A stretch of 64,000 bases of DNA from an uncultured Saprospiraceae bacterium. GTDB taxonomy: Bacteria > Bacteroidota > Bacteroidia > Chitinophagales > Saprospiraceae. Location of the stretch: the NCBI GenBank assembly GCA_964489125.1, contig CAZAXY010000005.1:4535-68534 (forward strand), given 5' to 3'. Of this stretch, positions 49,592 to 58,317 are shown piece by piece; position 1 is the stretch's first letter; each line of letters opens with the position of its first letter. Made by a program: the position numbers and the translations under genes. Under the pieces are notes generated by a model. That model saw nothing but the letters and a program-made list of their open reading frames with translations. It did no database searches and was not told where the DNA came from.

Positions 49592-49865
49592 AATATAAAA
49601 TGTTAGCTATTACCCGTTTTCAAAAAGATGCGCAAAGGTAGCATCTTTAGCAACCTTATTCAAATACAAAAACAGCGTAAACACATTGTATATTATTGAG
49701 TCGGCGCAACTACATTTTAAAGGATAGTTGTTTAGTCATTATCAAAGGACTTTTTATGCCCTTCATTATTAATCAACTTTATCCTCCCAGCGACAAGATT
49801 TATTGATATTGTTAAATATATTCGTGCACCATTTTTTTGTTAATCACTTAATCATATCTGTCAGA

Positions 49866-50660
49866 ATGAATTCGTATAAAACCTTATTAGCCATAGCGCT
49901 ATGTATCGCACTTATATCGACGTCTTGCGTCAGTAAAAAGTCTTTTGAAGCCCTTCAAGGAGAGAAAGATGAACTCGGAATGAAGCTAGAAAAACTCCAA
50001 GCTGACTTCGACGCCGCTAAATCAAGTCAGGACTCAGAAATAGCATCACTAAAGCAAGCTAACTCAAGCTTATCATCACAAAAGTCCTCTTTAGATGCAG
50101 ACTTAATGGCAACAAAAAAAGAAATGAACTCTAAAATCGCTGAGGTTCAGGCCAATGTCGATGACAAGCAAGCACAACTCAATTCGTTAAGAGCTGAAAT
50201 CAACTCTGCATTTGCACAAGTCGATGCGGCAGTTTCTGGCAGCAATGCTCGTATCAAAGAGGTAGAAAACTTTCTATATCTCGATGTTGCTAATGAAGTA
50301 GATTTCAAATCTGGCTCGACTCGCGTAAGCAGCGATGATAAAGAAACCTTGGAGATGTTAGCTAACATGCTCAAAGGAAATCCGTCAGTAGCATTGATCA
50401 TTGAAGGCCACACTGATGACAAGCAAATCCTTGATGGCAAAGCCTATAAAGACAACTGGGATCTTAGTGTAGCAAGAGCAACTGAAGTAATTAGAGCTCT
50501 AATTAATATGGGGGTGAATCCTGATCAATTGATTGCTTCTGGACGTGGAGAGAATATGCCTGTCGCAGACAATGAAACTGCCGATGGCAGAGCTCTAAAC
50601 AGAAGAACCGAAGCTATCCTAGTCCCGAACATCGGTAAGCTCTACAAACTGAAGGGATAA
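49866..50660 (+). CDS. OmpA-family lipoprotein with a coiled-coil N-terminal half
   Basis: Lipobox LISTSC and OmpA C-terminal motifs IEGHTDD, NWDLSVARA, GRALNRRTE. Start moved to MNSYKTLL. Confidence 0.85.
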   Translation: MNSYKTLLAIALCIALISTSCVSKKSFEALQGEKDELGMKLEKLQADFDAAKSSQDSEIASLKQANSSLSSQKSSLDADLMATKKEMNSKIAEVQANVDDKQAQLNSLRAEINSAFAQVDAAVSGSNARIKEVENFLYLDVANEVDFKSGSTRVSSDDKETLEMLANMLKGNPSVALIIEGHTDDKQILDGKAYKDNWDLSVARATEVIRALINMGVNPDQLIASGRGENMPVADNETADGRALNRRTEAILVPNIGKLYKLKG

Positions 50661-50706
50661 AGCGTTCATACAATATATATCTAGCGAAGGTCATAGCTCA
50701 TTAAAG

Positions 50707-51471
50707 CTATGGTCTTCTTTGGTTCCAATAAGTCTGCGCTAAAGCGATCAATTTATCAGCTCCATTGAGACTCAGACGATGACCTAATTGATCGTCACCA
50801 TCTCCTAAGAGTCCTGACTCAATATTAATCTTATCGTCTAAGAATGCTTCTGCCTTTATATGAAAATCGATACGATTCAACGCCCTATCACGATAGCTCT
50901 TTGGAATATTCTCAAGGACATATCTAACATAATTGAGGTTGTTAACATGTCCATTCCAATCTATATCATAGGACTTAACTTTAACTTGCTCAGTCTGTAT
51001 GACTTCGAGCAGTTTACTAAGTCTAGATGGCGGGGATTCTAACACGGACTCATCAGGATGAACCTTCAGTGACTGCAGGAACTCGGGTATACGAGCCATC
51101 TTGCGTTCGATAAAGTTGAGCAATGTCCAAGTGCTGCTGGCATAGGCCAACAATTTGCCTTCCAGGTCATACATTTTGTAATCACGATATGCCAAGAAGC
51201 GATCAAAATGTGAAGGGTACGTTACCACACTCACTTGTTGACTGAGCTTTGGTCGATCGAGTATGGTGAATGACTTGCGCAATAGCACCCATGCTAAATT
51301 CTGTGGCGTCAACTCTGCTATAGATGCGCCCAAATCCCTTGCGCTACCCATAGATGCCTCTTGAACTAAATGAAGGATCGCCAGTGGTGTCGCTCTATGA
51401 TCAGTATCCACTTCTGAAGAGCGAATAATATAGTTTTCTCTCCATCTGATATCCTTAGCTTGATTACTCAT
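50707..51471 (-). CDS. Acyl-ACP thioesterase family protein
   Basis: Double hotdog pattern: IRSSEVD...ILHLVQEA, then YDIDWNGHVNNLNYVRY. An 8 nt ATGAGTAA overlap joins it to the upstream gene. Confidence 0.65.
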   Translation of the reverse strand: MSNQAKDIRWRENYIIRSSEVDTDHRATPLAILHLVQEASMGSARDLGASIAELTPQNLAWVLLRKSFTILDRPKLSQQVSVVTYPSHFDRFLAYRDYKMYDLEGKLLAYASSTWTLLNFIERKMARIPEFLQSLKVHPDESVLESPPSRLSKLLEVIQTEQVKVKSYDIDWNGHVNNLNYVRYVLENIPKSYRDRALNRIDFHIKAEAFLDDKINIESGLLGDGDDQLGHRLSLNGADKLIALAQTYWNQRRP

Positions 51472-52237
51472 GACTACATCGACCATTAATGCCAAGGACA
51501 TAATTTTTGACCACTTTTATTTCTGGAGCTGCCTCTGATCCGAGAAATCCACTTATCATCTCATCAGTTAGATAAGTGGCTGCATAGTCGGTAAGGTCCT
51601 CACTTAATGGCATATAGGTCCAGTGCCATTTTTCTTCTTCATAGCCAGTCCGGCCACCAGATTTATCTGTGTATGGTTGACAGAAACCATAGGTCTCAGC
51701 ATGCTCCAATAACCAGTTATACTCTTTAAGGCCTTGACCGGACTCGAAGTACCTATTGTCAAAGCTATTCAAGTCAATATCTGTACCCCAATGATGCCTC
51801 GACGTGCTCGGCATAGAGCTATAGAGTAAGATCTTCTTTGCCCGGGATACAATATCTTCTATATCACTTGCTGCTGTTCCATCAGACAACATCGTTTCGC
51901 CTGTCCATTTTCGCTCCCAGATGCCTCGCTGATATTCAAAATTGCGAGTGGCAGAACGTATAGTGAAGTTGATTCCTTCAGATGATGCGTGCTCATACAT
52001 CCTAAGAAAATCTTCAAATGCCTGCTTCCTGAGATACATGCCTGCTCGGGAGGCATACTGTGATGAGATTAGAACAAAATCATCATGCTGATCTGGTTCA
52101 AACTGACCCATGATATAGTCAATCTTTTCAGTATTTATAGGATCTGGATCTTGTGGCATTATTACTGTTTCTTTAGCCTTGTTCTGACAACTCAAGATTA
52201 TAATAACTAACAGCCCAAGGCTAATAATACTTCGCAT
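51464..52237 (-). CDS. M15 (VanY-type) D-alanyl-D-alanine carboxypeptidase lipoprotein
   Basis: Lipobox IILSC, SATRNFEYQ, the zinc motif SRHHWGTDIDL and a late EKWHW. Confidence 0.7.
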   Translation of the reverse strand: MRSIISLGLLVIIILSCQNKAKETVIMPQDPDPINTEKIDYIMGQFEPDQHDDFVLISSQYASRAGMYLRKQAFEDFLRMYEHASSEGINFTIRSATRNFEYQRGIWERKWTGETMLSDGTAASDIEDIVSRAKKILLYSSMPSTSRHHWGTDIDLNSFDNRYFESGQGLKEYNWLLEHAETYGFCQPYTDKSGGRTGYEEEKWHWTYMPLSEDLTDYAATYLTDEMISGFLGSEAAPEIKVVKNYVLGINGRCSHE

Positions 52238-53672
52238 CTTCTTCTGCTGATTTAGCAAACTCAAAGTCCACATTTTTCTTGCCGTAACCAAACGAACCGT
52301 GCTCCTTAATCAAGTCAATCAACTCAGGAGGGATACAATCCATCCATGATTCTTCATCACCAGTAGAGATTAAATCGAACACTTTAGAAGGGATAATATG
52401 CATGTGATCGTTATTATACTTCTTGACTTGTACGATTTGTTGGTTTTCAATAAGATGCTGATATAAAAACTTGATGCCTGCAGGTACAGGTAAGTTATCC
52501 ACGAATATCATCTGATCACCTTCTTTTTCGAGGGCAGGATAAGCGTAGACCGTAATATTTTTACTGAACAATTCACCAAATGCTGCGAGCAAGCGACCAT
52601 CTTGGTTGCTGTTATACTTGTCTATCAGGATATCCTTGAGTTCATGGACTCCCATCAGTATTCCGAGACGCTGAATCTTATAATCCGAGAAGTAGTTGAT
52701 GAGTTTTTGATGGTTGGTACAATTTGATATGATCACTGTCAGTCCAAGTGCATTGAGCAATCTAACCCGGTCGAGATAGCCCTGATCTGTAATTGGTCCA
52801 AAACGATTGAGATTATCCATCGTTAACTCGGCCACAGGCATACACTTTTCTGATGCTTCGGACTCTTCTTTGAATTGCTCAAAGGAGTTTTCTATTGCTT
52901 CTTTAGTAACCTTAGTAGGCGGTCTAAAGTGACCTCTTATTACCATTAATTCTTTACGGTATAGAAACTCAGATGCATGCAAAGGGATTCCGTCTTTGTC
53001 AAATATGGCTACCTCCGTAATATCATTTTTAACTAAGCTTAAAGCGATCAATCGGTTATCAAAATGGTGAAACGCTTCCCCCGTAGTGCGTACCATGTCA
53101 ATAGAGATTCTGCTCTTTAACCCGTCTAAAAGGCTTCGTACGAACAACTCGTAATCATGTCGATAGTAAAAGCAGGCGTAAATCAAGTTAACTCCTAGTA
53201 TCCCTATCGCCTCTTGTTGCTGCCGATTGTTCTTATCAAGCATCTTGACATGCATGATGATATCGCTGGGTTCAGATCCCTTCTTATGAATGAATCTCAG
53301 ACCCATCCATCCATTACCTTTTATCGTGCGCTGATAATTGATCGCTGACACCGAATCTGCAAATACGAAATAGTTGGCATCTGGTCTACTCTCATAGATC
53401 CGTTCTCGGATGAGATCAAACTCATGGTTGAGCATTTTATAGATTCGAGCCTCACAGACGTATCGCTTGGCCTCACCATAGATAGCATCAGAATACTGCT
53501 TGTCATAAGCCGACATCGTCTTAGCAATCGTGCCCGCTGCCGCACCAACTTGAAAGAAATGTCTGGCAACTTCTTGACCAGCACCTATCTCAGCAAAGGT
53601 GCCATAGATCATATCATTGAGATTAATCTCAAGAGCTTTCTGCTCTGTCTTAAGTACTTGGTTTTGTGCCAT
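52221..53672 (-). CDS. Conserved-looking cytoplasmic protein of unknown function (483 aa)
   Basis: Intact ORF with N-terminal GTFAEIGAGQEVARHFFQVGAAAGTIAKTMSAYD. I do not recognise the family. Confidence 0.5.
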   Translation of the reverse strand: MAQNQVLKTEQKALEINLNDMIYGTFAEIGAGQEVARHFFQVGAAAGTIAKTMSAYDKQYSDAIYGEAKRYVCEARIYKMLNHEFDLIRERIYESRPDANYFVFADSVSAINYQRTIKGNGWMGLRFIHKKGSEPSDIIMHVKMLDKNNRQQQEAIGILGVNLIYACFYYRHDYELFVRSLLDGLKSRISIDMVRTTGEAFHHFDNRLIALSLVKNDITEVAIFDKDGIPLHASEFLYRKELMVIRGHFRPPTKVTKEAIENSFEQFKEESEASEKCMPVAELTMDNLNRFGPITDQGYLDRVRLLNALGLTVIISNCTNHQKLINYFSDYKIQRLGILMGVHELKDILIDKYNSNQDGRLLAAFGELFSKNITVYAYPALEKEGDQMIFVDNLPVPAGIKFLYQHLIENQQIVQVKKYNNDHMHIIPSKVFDLISTGDEESWMDCIPPELIDLIKEHGSFGYGKKNVDFEFAKSAEEDAKYY

Positions 53673-53797
53673 TACTGTATTTAATTACTCCGCTTCAGGG
53701 CCAATCTTACATACCTCAAAATATCAACGCACATAATCTTAAATATTACTCTCAAGTAGAGAAATATTGTAAAAAGAATGTCTGGGGTTATGACGGT

Positions 53798-53823
53798 GGG
53801 TGGGAGTGAAGGGGCCACTGGGG
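53798..53823 (+). other. Canonical G-quadruplex motif (G3 N1 G3 N6 G4 N5 G4) in a non-coding spacer
   Basis: gggtgggagtgaaggggccactgggg. An additional GGGG lies at 53784-53787. The surrounding sequence is AT-rich. Confidence 0.5.
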
Positions 53824-53938
53824 ATTGTAAAACTCTTATTTGCGTTATGTGGTGAGGATGAAGATATCTGGGCTACTTAAGCTATTCTTGATCAAAGAAG
53901 TTTAGTTGACATTAAATCAGACAAAGTCCGAGAATGTG

Positions 53939-54241
53939 ATGATATTATTGAATGTCGATGATGTAACAGTTGGAGCAAAGCAGGTACATTTAGAGAAATT
54001 AAAATGGCATATGGATAATATAGAATTTGATAATCGGCGGTTTCCAGCCAGAATTTTAAAGTTCGAATTTGGCAATAGAATAGTTTCTACCGAAACTCTT
54101 CAAGAGATAATCATAGAAGACGGTAAATATAAAAACGAAGAATCTAAGGTTACAGATGAACAAATTTTCTTCTACGTAAAGGATAACAAGATCAATATGA
54201 ACGCCAGTCTATTAATTAGTGAAATCGTCAATTCAATATGA
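53939..54241 (+). CDS. Small protein of unknown function, upstream partner of the nuclease-like gene (100 aa from ATG 53939; 111 aa from TTG 53906)
   Basis: Its stop overlaps the next start as ATGA (54238-54241). Low-GC codon composition and no recognisable motif. Confidence 0.5.
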   Translation: MILLNVDDVTVGAKQVHLEKLKWHMDNIEFDNRRFPARILKFEFGNRIVSTETLQEIIIEDGKYKNEESKVTDEQIFFYVKDNKINMNASLLISEIVNSI

Positions 54242-54744
54242 CACGGTTTCAATTCTTCCCAAGATCACATGGTATCATACCAAGGATAGAATCGATAGTT
54301 AAAGTATTTCAGGATGCTGATTCAAAAATTACGAGCGATTCAAATAAACACACAAGCAATGAAGTCTTGCAACATTTGGAATTGGGTTTAGAGGAGATAG
54401 ATTTTGTCGTAGAAAAGAGTAAAAAGAAAAACGATAAAATACACGTTCCTGTGCTATTTGGAGTGGATAATAAAATTGATAAAAGCTTCAATGCCGATGC
54501 CTTAAGTAAAGACGGTAAAATTGTGATTGAAGTTGAGGCTGGCAGAGCCGTCGATAATAACCAGTTTCTCAAAGATATTTTTCAAGCATCTATGATGTTT
54601 GAAGTGGAATACTTAGTTATTGCCGTTCGGAATGATTACAGAGGCGCTGATGATTTTACTAAGATTTATACATTTTTAGAAACACTTTATATAAGCAGCA
54701 GGCTTCAATTACCTCTAAAAGGAATTCTTCTAATAGGATATTAG
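54238..54744 (+). CDS. PD-(D/E)xK nuclease-fold protein, BglII/BamHI-like minimal core (168 aa)
   Basis: FNADALSKDGKIVIEVEAGRAVDNNQFLKDIF...VEYLVIAVRND...LPLKGILLIGY parallels, from memory, BglII DIDFGKRDTLVEVQFSNYPFLLNN...KVAIIITKGH...PIRLVGL. The ExE pair resembles BamHI. Confidence 0.5.
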   Translation: MTRFQFFPRSHGIIPRIESIVKVFQDADSKITSDSNKHTSNEVLQHLELGLEEIDFVVEKSKKKNDKIHVPVLFGVDNKIDKSFNADALSKDGKIVIEVEAGRAVDNNQFLKDIFQASMMFEVEYLVIAVRNDYRGADDFTKIYTFLETLYISSRLQLPLKGILLIGY

Positions 54745-54877
54745 ATATTGATAGATGGTATGTTCTCATTATTTCTAATCATCATGAAGCATACAGTCTT
54801 GATCAATCTCTACAGAGACAAGAGAACCGACTGCCGACTTAGGTAAAAAAAGAAACTTCAATCAATCTTTAATGGCT

Positions 54878-54885
54878 TAATTTTG
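54878..54885 (+). promoter_or_regulatory. Candidate -7 promoter box (TAATTTTG) for mnmG
   Basis: Exact TAnnTTTG match ending 5 nt before ATG 54891, which implies a very short leader. Confidence 0.35.
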
Positions 54886-54890
54886 CATTC

Positions 54891-56756
54891 ATGTTTCCAC
54901 ATTATGATGTCATAGTAGTAGGTGGCGGGCACGCTGGATGCGAAGCAGCAGTGGCTGCTGCCAATATGGGTTCTAAAGTCATGCTTGCCACCATGAATAT
55001 GCAGACGATCGCACAGATGTCCTGTAATCCTGCCATGGGCGGTGTTGCCAAGGGCCAGATCGTCAGAGAGATCGATGCCCTCGGTGGATACTCAGGTATC
55101 GTGACAGATCATACCATGGTCCAGTTTAGGATGCTCAATAAGTCCAAGGGTCCAGCAATGTGGAGCCCAAGAGCACAGAGTGACCGAATGATGTTTGCCG
55201 CCAAGTGGCGTGAGCTACTTGAGGCTAATGAAAATATTGACTTTTGGCAGGAGATGGTTACTGGTCTAATTGTCAAGGATGGCAGATGCCAAGGGGTATA
55301 TACAAGCATAGGCCTTGAGATACCTTCTTCTACGGTTGTCTTGACTAATGGCACATTTCTTAATGGGTTAATCCATATAGGTGAGAAACAACTTGGTGGC
55401 GGTCGTGCTGGTGAGCGGGCTGCTACAGGAATTACTGAACAGCTTGTAGACTTGGGTTTTGAGTCCGGGCGAATGAAGACTGGCACCCCTCCTAGAATAG
55501 ATGGAAGGACCCTTGACTACAGCAAAATGGAAACACAAGCTGGTGATGAAGAGGTCTGCAAGTTTTCCTTTACCGATACTCCTGAGATAACCAAACAGCT
55601 CCCTTGTCATGTAACTTATACTTCATCTGAAGTTCATGAAACCCTCAAGGAGGGATTTGATCGATCGCCGATGTTCAATGGTAGGATCAGAGGATTAGGT
55701 CCGAGATATTGTCCATCAATAGAAGATAAAATCAACAGGTTTGCAGATCGTGATAGACACCAACTATTCGTTGAGCCTGAGGGTTGGAACACCTGCGAGA
55801 TCTATGTTAATGGCTTCTCCTCGTCTCTTCCTGAGGACGTGCAGTATAAGGCACTTAAGAAAGTGCCTGGGTTCGAGAACATGAAAATGTTCAGACCTGG
55901 CTACGCCATAGAGTATGATTTCTTTCCGCCCACACAACTTAAGCCCTCTCTCGAGACAAAGCCTGTTGCCAATCTCTTCTTCGCAGGGCAGATCAACGGA
56001 ACAACAGGATATGAAGAAGCTGCTTGTCAGGGATTAATGGCGGGCATCAATGCACACCTTAAGAATGCGGAAAAAGATCCATTCATCCTGAAACGCTCCG
56101 ATGCGTATATCGGTGTATTAGTAGATGATCTGGTAAATAAGGGCACCAAGGAGCCTTATCGCATGTTCACTTCGCGTGCTGAATATCGCATATTGATCCG
56201 TCAGGATAATGCCGATCTCAGACTAACCCCAATCGCTCAATCTCTGGGTATGACGGGTCTTGAACAGCGCATGGAGCAAGTCGTTAAAAAACAGGAAGCT
56301 CTCAAGAGCATTGAGAAATACCTAAGTGCTACATCGATCACTCAAGATCAAGCAAATGGCTGGCTTAGCAATATTAACTCTGCACCTTTAAAACAGTCCG
56401 TCAAGCTGAAGTCTGTGTTAAGCAGACCTAAGGTGCACCTATCTGATTTAGTTAAAGTTCATGCTCCCTTGAATCAGTTCCTTACTGATATCCCCAAAGA
56501 TTTTGTGGAGTCTGCTGAGGTAAATATTAAGTATGCGGGCTATCTTTCTAAAGAACAAGAGATGGTAGAGAAAATGAACAGACTTGAGAACCTCGTGCTA
56601 AAGGACGATTTCGATTATGATGGCATAAGCTCCCTGTCTGCAGAAGCACGGGAAAAGCTTTTAGAAATAAAACCAAGAACTATCGGCCAAGCAAGTCGCA
56701 TTAGCGGCGTATCGCCATCTGATATTTCTGTTTTACTAGTTCATGTGGGTAGGTAA
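54891..56756 (+). CDS. mnmG: tRNA uridine 5-carboxymethylaminomethyl modification enzyme MnmG (GidA)
   Basis: 621 aa. FAD site [27 protein letters not shown], and C-terminal [24 protein letters not shown]. Confidence 0.95.
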   Translation: MFPHYDVIVVGGGHAGCEAAVAAANMGSKVMLATMNMQTIAQMSCNPAMGGVAKGQIVREIDALGGYSGIVTDHTMVQFRMLNKSKGPAMWSPRAQSDRMMFAAKWRELLEANENIDFWQEMVTGLIVKDGRCQGVYTSIGLEIPSSTVVLTNGTFLNGLIHIGEKQLGGGRAGERAATGITEQLVDLGFESGRMKTGTPPRIDGRTLDYSKMETQAGDEEVCKFSFTDTPEITKQLPCHVTYTSSEVHETLKEGFDRSPMFNGRIRGLGPRYCPSIEDKINRFADRDRHQLFVEPEGWNTCEIYVNGFSSSLPEDVQYKALKKVPGFENMKMFRPGYAIEYDFFPPTQLKPSLETKPVANLFFAGQINGTTGYEEAACQGLMAGINAHLKNAEKDPFILKRSDAYIGVLVDDLVNKGTKEPYRMFTSRAEYRILIRQDNADLRLTPIAQSLGMTGLEQRMEQVVKKQEALKSIEKYLSATSITQDQANGWLSNINSAPLKQSVKLKSVLSRPKVHLSDLVKVHAPLNQFLTDIPKDFVESAEVNIKYAGYLSKEQEMVEKMNRLENLVLKDDFDYDGISSLSAEAREKLLEIKPRTIGQASRISGVSPSDISVLLVHVGR

Positions 56757-56811
56757 TAAAGGAAAGTTGGCCAATATATATTGGGAAAAGATAGCTTGGC
56801 GTTATTCATAT

Positions 56812-58284
56812 ATGCGCCAAATCATCCTGATATTATTCAGCATGCTAACTGCAGAGGTCTGTAGCAGTCAGTATGGCCTTGAGGAATTCAACCGAGAAGT
56901 ACGCTTCATAAATGAGTCTATACACGGCGCACTTGTCTTACACCGCATCTACGAGAGCTTCAATCAAAATATTAATAAATACGTAGACCTCCCAAGTTAT
57001 GAGCTCAACAACTATGGCAATAAGGATCTTCCTCTAAATGTCTATGATGATCCTGAACAATGGTTTTATGACGAGTCTCCGAACAAATTATATCAGGAGA
57101 TTCGTAAATACACTCATAATAATGGAAGCCCGCCAATAGTCCAAAATATTCATAATATCTCTCAAAAACTCAATGGAGATCGCTTTAGAATAGATGAGCT
57201 TTCTAACAGCCCCAATATCAATGAGCTCAGCGTTATAAAGGAACTCTATGATGGACTAGAAGGGGTAGTAGCTTACTTTGACAACCTGAGAGCTTCAGTG
57301 GAGTCATATGATCGACTGCTCGAACAGCTCCGATATGATAATGCCCTCAGTGAAAGTCAAAAAGTAGTGTATACGGCTGTGGCTGAAATTCACTTTGACA
57401 TCAAAAAAATCATACGCAATCTAGGTAGAGATAACCAAAGTGCTGTAATCCGCAGTTTGTCCAAAATAGAACAGGAAAAGAACTGGCTTAACATCAGCAT
57501 TGAAGATCTCAAGTCACAAGCTGAAGCCAAAAGCTTAAGAAGTCTGGTCGGAAACATCAATAATATCGTTGCGGAACTCTCGAACTATGTAAACAACCCT
57601 TCAGTACCAGAAGAATATGCTCTGTTTGGTAAAGGCTACTACTATCAAAATGTGGTCCTACTGACCTTGATGAATCGTTACGGCAATGGTTACGTCACAG
57701 AGTTCAATCAATTCTTGAAGCAATATAACTGGCCTGTACTCCATCTTACCGAAGAGCCTCATTATCTCAAGATCATCTATCCAGAGACTACGCCAAAAGA
57801 GTTATTGGAAAGCCCTTTAGAGGACATCACCACTCTGGAACAACTCCGCAGTGAGCCTCTTGATCCAATCCGAGCTAAACCTATAGATACATTCTATACG
57901 GATGGCAAGGAAAAAGAGCAAGCACAGCAGCTCGAAAGAGACATACCTGTCAATATCACTCATACACACGTGATCTATGTAGATTCGCAGTTTTTTGACA
58001 TACAGTTATATGATCATCTGATAAAGGATGGTGATATGGTCTCTATAAATGTCAATGGAGAGTGGGTTTATAATGATATCTCATTAGAAAAGGAAGCTAA
58101 AACTATTCAATTAGAAGTCTCACCAACTAAACGAAACTATATCATGGTCCAAGCAGTAAATGAGGGATGGCGTCCACCTAATACTGTTGGAGTGCGATAT
58201 ATCAGCAATGGCAAAGTCGAAAATATCATTATCGCAAATGATCTGAATTCGGCAGAGCTTATAGAAATAAAATACCGCCAATAG
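56812..58284 (+). CDS. Secreted protein of unknown function (490 aa)
   Basis: Start moved to MRQIILILFSMLTAEVCSSQ (signal peptide). No motif recognised. The C-terminal ~110 aa are beta-rich (DGDMVSINVNGEWVY...). Confidence 0.55.
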   Translation: MRQIILILFSMLTAEVCSSQYGLEEFNREVRFINESIHGALVLHRIYESFNQNINKYVDLPSYELNNYGNKDLPLNVYDDPEQWFYDESPNKLYQEIRKYTHNNGSPPIVQNIHNISQKLNGDRFRIDELSNSPNINELSVIKELYDGLEGVVAYFDNLRASVESYDRLLEQLRYDNALSESQKVVYTAVAEIHFDIKKIIRNLGRDNQSAVIRSLSKIEQEKNWLNISIEDLKSQAEAKSLRSLVGNINNIVAELSNYVNNPSVPEEYALFGKGYYYQNVVLLTLMNRYGNGYVTEFNQFLKQYNWPVLHLTEEPHYLKIIYPETTPKELLESPLEDITTLEQLRSEPLDPIRAKPIDTFYTDGKEKEQAQQLERDIPVNITHTHVIYVDSQFFDIQLYDHLIKDGDMVSINVNGEWVYNDISLEKEAKTIQLEVSPTKRNYIMVQAVNEGWRPPNTVGVRYISNGKVENIIIANDLNSAELIEIKYRQ

Positions 58285-58317
58285 CATGACGAAACATAGA
58301 ATCCTAAAGCTTCTTGT

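Noticed and set aside
53778-53855. 25-codon ORF MSGVMTVGGSEGATGDCKTLICVMW across the G-rich island, considered as a RiPP/bacteriocin-like precursor (a GG motif and two Cys).
   Set aside because: No maturation, export or immunity genes are nearby. The leader would be only 9 residues, and the ORF is most simply a by-product of the G-rich sequence.
56743-56811. A 5' extension of the 513 aa ORF overlapping the mnmG stop (start at 56743).
   Set aside because: The extension ([23 protein letters not shown]) precedes a perfect signal peptide that starts at the internal Met (56812). The shorter form is far more plausible.
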